Shown piece by piece: positions 47,682 to 56,162 of a DNA stretch of 64,000 nt. The stretch lies in contig JADJQA010000008.1 in NCBI GenBank assembly GCA_016712985.1, forward strand, positions 15,179 through 79,178. Reading direction: 5' to 3'. The position numbers were made by a program, and so were the translations under genes. Numbering within the stretch: position 1 is the stretch's first letter; the number at the start of each line of letters is the position of its first letter. Origin of the DNA: Sulfuritalea sp. (GTDB lineage: Bacteria; Pseudomonadota; Gammaproteobacteria; Burkholderiales; Rhodocyclaceae). The notes beneath the pieces are model-generated. The model had not been told where the DNA came from, searched no databases, and saw nothing but the letters and a program-made list of their open reading frames with translations.

Positions 47682-47876
47682 TGCGTTCTCTCATGTCCTC
47701 CTGGCGCCAAGGGTTGGCGACGTGATACATTTTTATTGTACCCTGCGAACGCATTCTGTGTCATAATTGATTTGATACTATGTGAATATTTCGTATTGCT
47801 GATATTGTATCTCGTCGCCGCGCGGCGATTTGCTTCTTTAGGCTGCGGGGCATGGGCACACACTCTGGAGCGAGAC
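47682..47876. promoter_or_regulatory. AT-rich divergent promoter region with GATAC/GTATC-type repeats
   Basis: Locally AT-rich. GATACAtttttatTGTACC, TTGATACTATG and GATATTGTATC lie between the divergent flavodoxin and PaaA/C-like genes. Confidence 0.3.
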
Positions 47877-48671
47877 ATGCAGAAGACGGATCAGGACTTT
47901 CTGCGGCGCATCGCCGCGGGTCATACAGTCGGTGCCCCCCAGGGCGATTTCCTGCGCTGCGCGGGAGAACCGGTGCCGAGCGGCTATCGCAACGAACTGA
48001 TGCGCCTGGTGGTGGTCTTTGCCGATTCCGAGCTGGCGGGCGCCGCCGGCTTCTGCCCCTTCATCAACCGCGGGCCGGGGCTGCCGGAGCGCATCGTCGC
48101 GGCGAAGATCGTTACCGAGAAGTATGTACACGCCGAGATGGCGCTCAAACTCTTGCAACCCTTCGGCGTGAACCCGATGCTCTATGTGCGTTCCCACGCC
48201 TGGGATTCGCGCCTTGACCGCAATCTCGATCTGGGTACCCGGCGCATCGGCGGCGACAAGCGGCTGAACGTCTTCCACTATCCGCTGGAAGGCTGGGAAG
48301 ACGCCATTGTCTTCAATATGCTGATGGGCGCGGCCACCGCGATCCAGTTGGCCGAAATGGCGCAGAGCTCCTACACGCCGCTGGCCGAGGCCATCACGCA
48401 GATCCTGCCGCGCGAAAAGGAACATGCGGAGCTGGGCGAAAGCGGCGTCAGGCAGGCAATCGAGCGTAGCGGCAGCAAGACCGCGGCGCAAGCCGCCGCC
48501 GCCTACTGGCATCCGCGCGTCGCCGCCACCTTCGGCCGCGTCGATTCGGATCATGCCGCAATCTACATCCAGTACGGCCTGCGCCGCCGCAACAGCGCTG
48601 AAATGCTGGACGACTGGAACGCGCACTCGGCCGAGGCGCTGACGCGGCTCGGCCTCGCGATCCCAGACTGA
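47877..48671 (+). CDS. PaaA/PaaC-family ferritin-like protein
   Basis: 264 aa from ATG 47877. By eye it is collinear with PaaA-type subunits (YRNELMRLVVVFADSELAG, ILPREKEHAELG). The metal-ligand set appears incomplete. Confidence 0.55.
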   Translation: MQKTDQDFLRRIAAGHTVGAPQGDFLRCAGEPVPSGYRNELMRLVVVFADSELAGAAGFCPFINRGPGLPERIVAAKIVTEKYVHAEMALKLLQPFGVNPMLYVRSHAWDSRLDRNLDLGTRRIGGDKRLNVFHYPLEGWEDAIVFNMLMGAATAIQLAEMAQSSYTPLAEAITQILPREKEHAELGESGVRQAIERSGSKTAAQAAAAYWHPRVAATFGRVDSDHAAIYIQYGLRRRNSAEMLDDWNAHSAEALTRLGLAIPD

Positions 48672-48692
48672 TCGACCTCCGGAGCCCAGGAA

Positions 48693-49481
48693 ATGGACTA
48701 CCAGAACATCATTTTTTCGCTCGCGGATGGCATCGCCCGCCTCACCCTGAACCGTCCGGACCGGCTTAACTGCTTCAACGGCGAGATGCATCTGGAACTG
48801 CGCGATGCATTGACCCGGACGCGCGACGGGCGTGCCCGCGTGCTGCTGCTGACCGGAGCGGGGCGCGGCTTCTGTGCCGGGCAGGACTTGTCCGACCGCA
48901 ATGTCGCCGCAGGCGGCGAGCCGGTCGATCTCGGCCATACCATCGAGACCCTCTACAAGCCGCTGGTGTTGACCCTGCGCGCCCTTGAAATGCCGGTGAT
49001 CTGCGCCGTGAACGGCATCGCCGCCGGGGCCGGGGCGAGCATTGCCCTGGCCTGCGACCTGGTGCTGGCGGCGCGCTCGGCAGCGTTCATACAGGCCTTT
49101 TGCAAGATTGGTCTGGTGCCCGACACCGGCGCCACCTGGGCGCTACCGCGCCTGGTCGGATCCGCCCGCGCCATGGGTCTGGCGATGCTGGGCGACAAAC
49201 TCGGCGCCGAGCAAGCCGAAGCCTGGGGACTGATCTGGAAATGCGTCGATGACGACAAGCTGATGGCCGAAGCCAACAGGCTCGCCATCCACTTCAGCAC
49301 CGCGCCGACCAGGGGACTGGCCCGCACCAAGCAGGCGCTCTACGCCAGCAGCGGCAACAGCCTGGAGCAGCAACTCGAACTGGAACGCAGTTGCCAACGC
49401 GAGCTCGGCTTCGGTCACGACTACCGCGAGGGCGTCGCCGCCTTCATGGAAAAGCGCAGCCCAAAGTTTACGGGCGAATGA
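48693..49481 (+). CDS. paaG: enoyl-CoA hydratase/isomerase, PaaG-like
   Basis: 262 aa. Crotonase fold (LTLNRPDRLNCF, GAGRGFCAGQDL) in a paa context. Confidence 0.8.
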   Translation: MDYQNIIFSLADGIARLTLNRPDRLNCFNGEMHLELRDALTRTRDGRARVLLLTGAGRGFCAGQDLSDRNVAAGGEPVDLGHTIETLYKPLVLTLRALEMPVICAVNGIAAGAGASIALACDLVLAARSAAFIQAFCKIGLVPDTGATWALPRLVGSARAMGLAMLGDKLGAEQAEAWGLIWKCVDDDKLMAEANRLAIHFSTAPTRGLARTKQALYASSGNSLEQQLELERSCQRELGFGHDYREGVAAFMEKRSPKFTGE

Positions 49482-49924
49482 TGACGCTCACACCACAGCA
49501 GATCGCCGAACGCTGCACCGAAATCATGTGGCCGGACGACCACGCCGCGCGAGGTCTTGGCATCACCATTGCCAGCATGTCGCCGGGCGGCGCCACGGTA
49601 ACCATGCCGGTGCGCCAGGACATGGTGAACGGGCACGGCATCTGCCATGGCGGCTTCATTTTCGCGCTGGCCGACACCACCTTCGCCTATGCCTGCAACA
49701 GCTTCAACCACCGCGCGGTGGCCGCCGGCGTGGACATCAACTTTGTCGCCCCGGCTCATCTTGGAGACACACTCACGGCTGCAGGCGGCGCCCGCCATCA
49801 GGGTGGGCGCACCGGCATCTACGACATCGAGGTCAAAAACCAGAACGGCAAGACCATTGCCGTGTTCCGCGGCCGTTCGACCCGCATCAAGGGCCACTTC
49901 TTTGACGAAAGCATAATTCCATGA
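49478..49924 (+). CDS. paaI: hotdog-fold acyl-CoA thioesterase, PaaI-like
   Basis: ATG 49478 overlaps the paaG stop. NGHGICHGGFIFALADTTFAYA is a PaaI-type motif. Confidence 0.85.
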   Translation: MMTLTPQQIAERCTEIMWPDDHAARGLGITIASMSPGGATVTMPVRQDMVNGHGICHGGFIFALADTTFAYACNSFNHRAVAAGVDINFVAPAHLGDTLTAAGGARHQGGRTGIYDIEVKNQNGKTIAVFRGRSTRIKGHFFDESIIP

Positions 49925-51129
49925 CCCAACAGGCATTCATCTGCGACGCGGTACGCACACCGATCGGCCGCTACGGCGGCACACTGTCCGGCATTCGCAC
50001 CGACGACCTGGCCGCGCTGCCGATCAGGGCCCTGATGGCGCGCAATGGCAGCGTCGATTGGCAACAGATCGAGGATGTGATCTACGGCTGCGCCAACCAG
50101 GCGGGCGAAGACAACCGCAACGTGGCGCGCATGGCGGGGCTGCTGGCCGGCCTGCCGACAGCGGTGCCGGGAGCGACCATGAACCGGCTGTGCGGCTCCG
50201 GCATGGATGCCGTCGGCACGGCGGCGCGCGCGATCAAGGCCGGCGAAGCGGCGCTGATGATCGCCGGCGGCGTCGAAAGCATGAGCCGCGCGCCCTTCGT
50301 CATGCCGAAGGCCGACAGCGCCTTCTCGCGCAGCAACGCGGTGTATGACACGACCATCGGCTGGCGTTTCATCAACAAGCTGATGAAGCAGCGCTACGGC
50401 GTGGATTCCATGCCCGAAACCGCCGACAACGTCGCCGCCGAATTCGGCATCGGCCGTGCCGACCAGGATGCCTTCGCCCTGCGTTCGCAGCAGCGCTGGG
50501 GTATCGCCCAGGCCGCGGGACGCTTCAAGGACGAGATTGTCCCGGTCGAAATCGCGCAGAAGAAAGGTGACCCGAAGATTTTCGACACCGACGAGCACCC
50601 TCGCCCCGACACCACGCTGGAGCAACTGGCCAAGCTCAAGGGCATCAACGGCCCCGAACTCTCGGTCACGGCGGGAAATGCCTCGGGCGTGAATGACGGC
50701 GCCTGCGCCCTGCTCCTGGCATCGGAAGCCGCCGCCAAGGCCCACGGCCTGACGCCGAAGGCCCGCGTCGTGGCCATGGCCACCGCCGGCGTGGCGCCGC
50801 GCATCATGGGTTTCGGCCCGGCCCCGGCGGTGAAGAAGCTGCTGGCGCAGACCGGACTGCGGCTCGACCAGATGGATGTCATCGAACTCAACGAAGCCTT
50901 CGCCGCGCAAGGCCTGGCGGTCACCCGCGATCTCGGGCTGGCCGACGACGATCCGCGTATCAATCCCCAGGGCGGCGCCATCGCCATCGGCCATCCGCTG
51001 GGCATGAGCGGCGCGCGCCTGGTCGCCACGGCGATGTATCAGTTGCAGCGCGGCGGCGGCCGCTACGCCCTTTGCACGATGTGCATCGGCGTCGGCCAGG
51101 GGATCGCGCTGATCATTGAACGGGTCTGA
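49921..51129 (+). CDS. paaJ: 3-oxoadipyl-CoA thiolase
   Basis: 402 aa. Thiolase blocks (NRLCGSGMDAV, NEAFAAQ, GGAIAIGHPLGMSG, CIGVGQG). ATGA overlap with paaI. Confidence 0.9.
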   Translation: MTQQAFICDAVRTPIGRYGGTLSGIRTDDLAALPIRALMARNGSVDWQQIEDVIYGCANQAGEDNRNVARMAGLLAGLPTAVPGATMNRLCGSGMDAVGTAARAIKAGEAALMIAGGVESMSRAPFVMPKADSAFSRSNAVYDTTIGWRFINKLMKQRYGVDSMPETADNVAAEFGIGRADQDAFALRSQQRWGIAQAAGRFKDEIVPVEIAQKKGDPKIFDTDEHPRPDTTLEQLAKLKGINGPELSVTAGNASGVNDGACALLLASEAAAKAHGLTPKARVVAMATAGVAPRIMGFGPAPAVKKLLAQTGLRLDQMDVIELNEAFAAQGLAVTRDLGLADDDPRINPQGGAIAIGHPLGMSGARLVATAMYQLQRGGGRYALCTMCIGVGQGIALIIERV

Positions 51130-51166
51130 CTGGCAGGTAGTCACGTTGAAGGCAATCGATAGGTTT

Positions 51167-51231
51167 GTCATTCCGGCGAAAGCCGGAATCCAGCGGTACG
51201 CCACTGGATTCCGGGTCAAGCCCGGAATGAC
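51167..51231. repeat. pair of inverted REP-like palindromic units
   Basis: gtcattccggcGAAAgccggaatccag (51167-51193) and ctggattccgggTCAAgcccggaatgac (51204-51231). Confidence 0.85.
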
Positions 51232-51284
51232 GGGCCAGGGGGACCGCGCTCGTTTCACCTTGATTAGCCCCTAGCACCGGGCCG

Positions 51285-51515
51285 ATGATTCGCTCCATGC
51301 GCCACTGGCCTGTTTCTTTCGTCATCCTCACCCTGCTTGGCGGCGTTTGTCTGCTGGTCGGTCTGTTCGCCCTGGGCGGGATGATGCGCGGCAGCCACCC
51401 GCTGTTCAACGACGACATGGCCGGCTGGGCCTTGATCGTCTCGGCGATCGCGCTGCTGCTGTCGGGCGCCTTTCCGCTGGTGCTGCGCCGCCTGCAGGAA
51501 AGGGACAGACCCTGA
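51285..51515 (+). CDS. small two-TM membrane protein (hypothetical)
   Basis: 76-aa ORF with two clear hydrophobic helices. No homology recognised. Confidence 0.35.
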   Translation: MIRSMRHWPVSFVILTLLGGVCLLVGLFALGGMMRGSHPLFNDDMAGWALIVSAIALLLSGAFPLVLRRLQERDRP

Positions 51516-52258
51516 GCGCGACTGACCACTTCTCGGCTCACGCCGCCGACTACGCCAAGGCCAGGCCTTCCTATCCGCCCGAGCTATTCACCTGGCTCGC
51601 GCAACAATGCCCGACGCACGATCTGGCGTGGGACTGCGCCACCGGCAACGGGCAGGCGGCACTGGCGCTGACGAAACATTTCAAACAGGTTCACGCGACG
51701 GATCTTTCCGCCGAGCAGTTGGCCCAGACGAAACCGCATCCCCGCATCGACTACCGTGCCGCGCCGGCCGAAGCCAGCGGCCTGGCGGACAACAGTTGCG
51801 ATCTGGTGACGGTGGCCCAGGCCCTGCACTGGTTCTGCAGCGACAGCTTCTACACCGAGGTCAAGCGGGTGCTCAAGCCGGACGGTGTGTTCGCCGCCTG
51901 GACCTATGGCCTCCTGCGCGGCGAACCGGAACTCGATGCCATGGTGCAGGACTTCCACACCAACCTCGTCGGGCGCTACTGGCCGGCCGAGCGGCACTGG
52001 GTCGATCGTGGCTACCAGGGCATGCCATTTCCCTTCAAGGACATCGCCACGCCAGGTTTCGAGATCCGGCTGGAATGGACGCCAGCCGACCTGCTTGCCT
52101 ATCTGCGCACCTGGTCGGCGACACAGCGCTGCATCAAGGAGACCGGAAGCGACCCGTGCATTGCGCTGGGCGAACGACTGCGCAAGATCTGGCCGGATCC
52201 GGCAACGAGAAGGATTATCATCTGGCCCATTGCCATGCGTTGCGGGAGCATCGAATGA
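51512..52258 (+). CDS. class I SAM-dependent methyltransferase (start unresolved)
   Basis: Conserved sequence starts at LSATDHFSAHAADYAKARPSYP, then DCATGNGQAA and VAQALHWF. The only in-frame ATG (51347) gives an Arg-rich, implausible extension. The CTG at 51512 overlaps the upstream TGA. Confidence 0.7.
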   Translation: MSATDHFSAHAADYAKARPSYPPELFTWLAQQCPTHDLAWDCATGNGQAALALTKHFKQVHATDLSAEQLAQTKPHPRIDYRAAPAEASGLADNSCDLVTVAQALHWFCSDSFYTEVKRVLKPDGVFAAWTYGLLRGEPELDAMVQDFHTNLVGRYWPAERHWVDRGYQGMPFPFKDIATPGFEIRLEWTPADLLAYLRTWSATQRCIKETGSDPCIALGERLRKIWPDPATRRIIIWPIAMRCGSIE

Positions 52259-52266
52259 ACAGCTAA

Positions 52267-52836
52267 CACGGAACCAAAACCGCGACCGAAGTTGCCACCG
52301 GGCTTGCCACCGAACTTGCCACACTGGGCGGCGGCTGCTTCTGGTGCCTCGAAGCTGCCTTTGTGCAACTCATCGGCGTCGAATCGGTGGTCTCCGGCTA
52401 CGCCGGCGGGCGCATGCCGAATCCGGATTACCGCAGCGTCTGCGGCGGCGACACCGGCCATGCCGAAGTGGTCGAAGTACGCTTCGATTCGTCCGTCATC
52501 GACTACCGCACGCTGCTGCAAGCCTTCTTCGCCATCCACGACCCGACCACGCCCAATCGCCAGGGCAACGATGTCGGTACCCAATACCGCTCGGTGATCT
52601 TCACCCATGGCCCTGAGCAGGAAAATACCGCCCGCGCCATGATCGCGGAACTCGCGGCGGCGAAGATATGGCCCGCCCCCATCGTCACCGCCGTGTTGCC
52701 GGCGCCGACCTTCTGGCCGGCCGAAGGCCATCACCAGAACTACTTCGCCAACAATCCCGACCAGTCCTACTGCCAGTTCGTCGTCGCGCCGAAAGCGGCC
52801 AAACTGCGCAAGGTCTTCGCCGGGCGGATCAGATGA
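52267..52836 (+). CDS. msrA: peptide methionine-S-sulfoxide reductase (start problem)
   Basis: GGGCFWCLEAAF catalytic motif and HAEVVEVRFD, DPTTPNRQGNDVGTQYRS blocks. No ATG/GTG/TTG lies between the in-frame TAA (52264) and the catalytic Cys. Confidence 0.8.
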   Translation, partial: HGTKTATEVATGLATELATLGGGCFWCLEAAFVQLIGVESVVSGYAGGRMPNPDYRSVCGGDTGHAEVVEVRFDSSVIDYRTLLQAFFAIHDPTTPNRQGNDVGTQYRSVIFTHGPEQENTARAMIAELAAAKIWPAPIVTAVLPAPTFWPAEGHHQNYFANNPDQSYCQFVVAPKAAKLRKVFAGRIR

Positions 52837-53171
52837 GACGTGCTTTTTCGGCCACCGGGCGGGGACCAGAAGGCTGGCACGCGATGACATCGACCATGAC
52901 GGAAGCCCCTCCCGACGCGACCACCGCGCCAGGACCCGCCCAACCGCGAGATGCTCATCCGCAACGGCGCGTTGCAACTCTCGGTGCCGGAACAGCCACG
53001 CGAGCAGCGCATGCCGATCGACGGCTTTCTGCGCTGCTGGCCGAAGATCAGGCCGAGCGCGCCATCGGCATCGGGTACCTGCCGCCGTTCCCGACGTCGA
53101 CTGACCGTCGACTTCGGGAGGACGGCAAAGTGGTCTGTTCTCGCCCGCGGCATTCCCATCCGAAAGAATTC

Positions 53172-53852
53172 GTGAACAAGGACAACCCCAGCCACCGCAC
53201 GGCACCCGTTGCCGGGCGTCCCATCGGCGTATTGCTGGCGGATGACCATCCGGCCTTGCGCACCGGCTTGCGCAGCCTGCTGTCGACCGAGCCCGACATG
53301 GACGTCGTCGGCGAGTCGGGCAGTGGCGAAGAGGCCTACGCCTGGTACCGCGCCCATCAACCCGACGTGGTGGTGATGGACCTGTCGATGGAGGGCATGG
53401 GCGGCATGGAAGCGCTGGGCCGCATCGTCAAGCACGATTCCGCCGCGCGCATCCTGGTGTATTCGGTGTTTTCCACCGAGGTGATGCTCAATCGCGCGCT
53501 GTCGCTCGGCGCGCTTGGCTACGTGACCAAGGGCAACGACACCGAAGTCCTGATCGACGGTATCCGCGAGGTGGCCAGAGGGCGCGGCTTCGTCAGCCCG
53601 GACCTGATCAGCGTCATGGTCCGGCGCCGTGCCAGCCGTGAACGTTCGCTGCTCGAGCAATTGAGCGACAGGGAATTCCAGATCCTGGTCCTCACCGCGC
53701 AGGGACTCCATGCCGAGGCCTGCGGGCAGGCTCTCAGCCTGAGCGAGAAGACCGTGCGCAACCACCTGACGAAGATCAAGGCCAAGCTGGGCGTGGTCGA
53801 CACTGCCGGCCTGGTCCTCCTGGCGGTTGGCGCAGGACTGGTCGAGCCCTGA
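53172..53852 (+). CDS. NarL/FixJ-family response regulator
   Basis: Receiver domain (VLLADDHPALRTGL...VVVMDLSM) plus LuxR-type HTH (LSDREFQILVLTAQGL...SEKTVRNHLTKIKAKLG). GTG 53172 is the proposed start. Confidence 0.8.
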   Translation: MNKDNPSHRTAPVAGRPIGVLLADDHPALRTGLRSLLSTEPDMDVVGESGSGEEAYAWYRAHQPDVVVMDLSMEGMGGMEALGRIVKHDSAARILVYSVFSTEVMLNRALSLGALGYVTKGNDTEVLIDGIREVARGRGFVSPDLISVMVRRRASRERSLLEQLSDREFQILVLTAQGLHAEACGQALSLSEKTVRNHLTKIKAKLGVVDTAGLVLLAVGAGLVEP

Positions 53853-53858
53853 AGCGGC

Positions 53859-55727
53859 TCAGGCGGGCAGGGGGATCTCCACGGCCACGCGCGTGCCCCG
53901 GCCCGGCCGGCTGCGCAGATCGAGGCGGCCCCCGAGGTTGCGCGCGCGTTCGCGCATGATGATCAGGCCGTAGCCGGTCCGCGGCGCATCCAGCGCCATG
54001 CCGATGCCGTCGTCGCGGACGACGATGCTCAGCCAGCGCCGCGTGCCGCTGCGCCGTTCGCCGACGAAGATCCGGATGCGCTGAATCCGGCCATGCTGGA
54101 AGGCGTTGGCGAGGCATTCCTGCACGATGCGGAACAGGTTGCTGCGCAGTTCGTCGCCGTAGGGCCCGACCGTGGCAGCACGCAGGCGCACTCGTACGTC
54201 CGGGCGGGACTGCAACCGCTGGCTCGCCAGGCTCGCGATCGCACCGATCAGGCCGGCGTTGTCGAGCGCCTGCGGGCGCAGCCCCTCCATCAGGCGGTGC
54301 GAGATGGCGTAGATGTCGCGCGCGGCATTGCCGATGGCCTGCGCATCGAGATGGGTCCGGTCCAGCGGGTCGGTCGTGCGATGCGCGATCGCCCCGGCGT
54401 GGGCACGGATCGCCACCAGTTGCTGGCTCAGCTCGTCGTGCAGTTCCTTCGCCAGCCCCGCACGTTCTTTCTCCTGCTGGCGTATCAGTCCGCTGGCCAG
54501 CCGCTTGTTTTCGTCGAGCAACCGGCGCAGCCCGGCCTCGAGTTCGTGCCGTTCCGTGACGTCGCGCCCCACCACCTGGATTTCCTTCAGGCGGCCGGAG
54601 CCGTCGAAGCGGCCGCGGTTGACGAACTGCATCCAGCGCCACGAGCCGTCGCCCGCACAGACCCGGTTCTCGATGACCACCACTGGTCGGTTCACGGCCA
54701 GCTCCGCCAGTCGGGCCTCGATCATCGGCAGGTCATCCGGGTGGGCCACCGGGTGCCATGTGCTGCCGACGACTTCTTCCACCGTCTTGCCGAAAAAACG
54801 GAGGTACACCTCGTTGACGAAGAGGATGGTGCCGTCGACGCCCATGCGGCAGATGATCTCGGTCTGGTCTTCGACCACAGTGCGGTAGCGTACTTCGCTA
54901 TCGTGCAGCGCACGCTCGACCCGCTTGCGCGCGGTAATGTCGGTGACCAGACCGAGCATGCGTACCGGAGCGCCTGCGGCGTCCCGCTCGACAACCCGGC
55001 CGCGACCGCGGATCCAGCGGATCTCGCCGCTCGCCGTTGTCATCCGGTATTCGATGTCGCTGACGGGCGTATCGCCGCGCAAGTGGGCCTCGATCGTCGC
55101 CATCACATGCGGCCAGTCGTCCGGATGCACGAGGCGCCGGAAGAAATCAAGGCTGCCGGGTTCGTCCTCCGGTCGATAGCCGGTCATCGCGTAATAGCTG
55201 GGCGACAGGTAGCCCTGTCCGGTCGACGGATCCCAGTCCCAGATGCCGTCGAGCGTCGTATCGAGCGCCAACTGCAGGCGTATCTCGCTCTCGCGCCGCC
55301 GCAGTCGCTCCAGCACGCGTGCGGTGACATCCGTATGAATAACCATGCCCGCCACATCGGCCTGATCAAGCGCGACTACCGTCATCAGGAACCAGCGCTG
55401 CCGGTCCGGGGAATCACAGGAGTACTCGCGCCTGAACTCCGTCTGTTGCCGGCCCAGCACCGCACGAATGCCGGCGGCCGCTTCTGCCGCGCCTTCCGCC
55501 GAGGCCCCTTGCACGGCATCGCACAGGGCCGGGTAGTCGACGCCGACGCCGGTGCAGGCAGGCGCATTGGCGCCGCCAACGCCGTTTTCCAGCGCAAAGC
55601 GTCGCCAGGCGGCATTCACGGCGACGATCACGCCCTGGGCGTCGAGCAGGGCAATCTGGTAGGGCACGGCATCCAGTACGGCCAGATCCCATCCCGCAGG
55701 CGCGATGCGTCGGAGAAGATTTTCCAT
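53859..55727 (-). CDS. multi-PAS sensor histidine kinase (HisKA_3 type)
   Basis: 622 aa with three PAS-like modules. H-box LAKELHDELSQQLVAIR and HATPase block VRDDGIGM...GYGLIIMRERA. Confidence 0.85.
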   Translation of the reverse strand: MENLLRRIAPAGWDLAVLDAVPYQIALLDAQGVIVAVNAAWRRFALENGVGGANAPACTGVGVDYPALCDAVQGASAEGAAEAAAGIRAVLGRQQTEFRREYSCDSPDRQRWFLMTVVALDQADVAGMVIHTDVTARVLERLRRRESEIRLQLALDTTLDGIWDWDPSTGQGYLSPSYYAMTGYRPEDEPGSLDFFRRLVHPDDWPHVMATIEAHLRGDTPVSDIEYRMTTASGEIRWIRGRGRVVERDAAGAPVRMLGLVTDITARKRVERALHDSEVRYRTVVEDQTEIICRMGVDGTILFVNEVYLRFFGKTVEEVVGSTWHPVAHPDDLPMIEARLAELAVNRPVVVIENRVCAGDGSWRWMQFVNRGRFDGSGRLKEIQVVGRDVTERHELEAGLRRLLDENKRLASGLIRQQEKERAGLAKELHDELSQQLVAIRAHAGAIAHRTTDPLDRTHLDAQAIGNAARDIYAISHRLMEGLRPQALDNAGLIGAIASLASQRLQSRPDVRVRLRAATVGPYGDELRSNLFRIVQECLANAFQHGRIQRIRIFVGERRSGTRRWLSIVVRDDGIGMALDAPRTGYGLIIMRERARNLGGRLDLRSRPGRGTRVAVEIPLPA

Positions 55728-56162
55728 GGGCCGATGTTACGCCAGCGACCCGGGGCCGTGGCCTTACTGCTCCAACCACCCATCGGGAACAATTCCCGTA
55801 AACGACGGGACGCAGCGCAACCGTAAGCCGTTCGCCGCCGGGGATAATCGGCCCCAAGTACCGCGCCGCAACTGGCATGCCTGTGAGCCCACATCGTCCC
55901 ACGCAACGTAATCAAGGACGGGCTGCACCCGGCCCCTCGCCGACGCTCCCCTTGAAGGCGCGGGAGTTTGAGCTTCACGCTGGCCGTCGCCAAACCAGCA
56001 TCGCCAACGGCGCAAAACACGGGCGGAAAGGAACCATGAGCGTGCCCAAGGAAAGCCAAGGCAAACGCCTCGGCCCGGCGCAACCAGGCCGAGGCCGCTC
56101 TCGCCCGGCATCCGCCCGCCGCCGCAGCGCGCCCGGCAGAAGATCTGCTGCACGAACTGCAA

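Noticed and set aside
49819-51258. 479-aa minus-strand ORF over paaJ
   Set aside because: It is antisense to a canonical thiolase. Its N-terminus is translated REP-repeat sequence.
54093-55826. 577-aa plus-strand ORF
   Set aside because: It is antisense to the multi-PAS kinase at 53859..55727. It is a shadow ORF.
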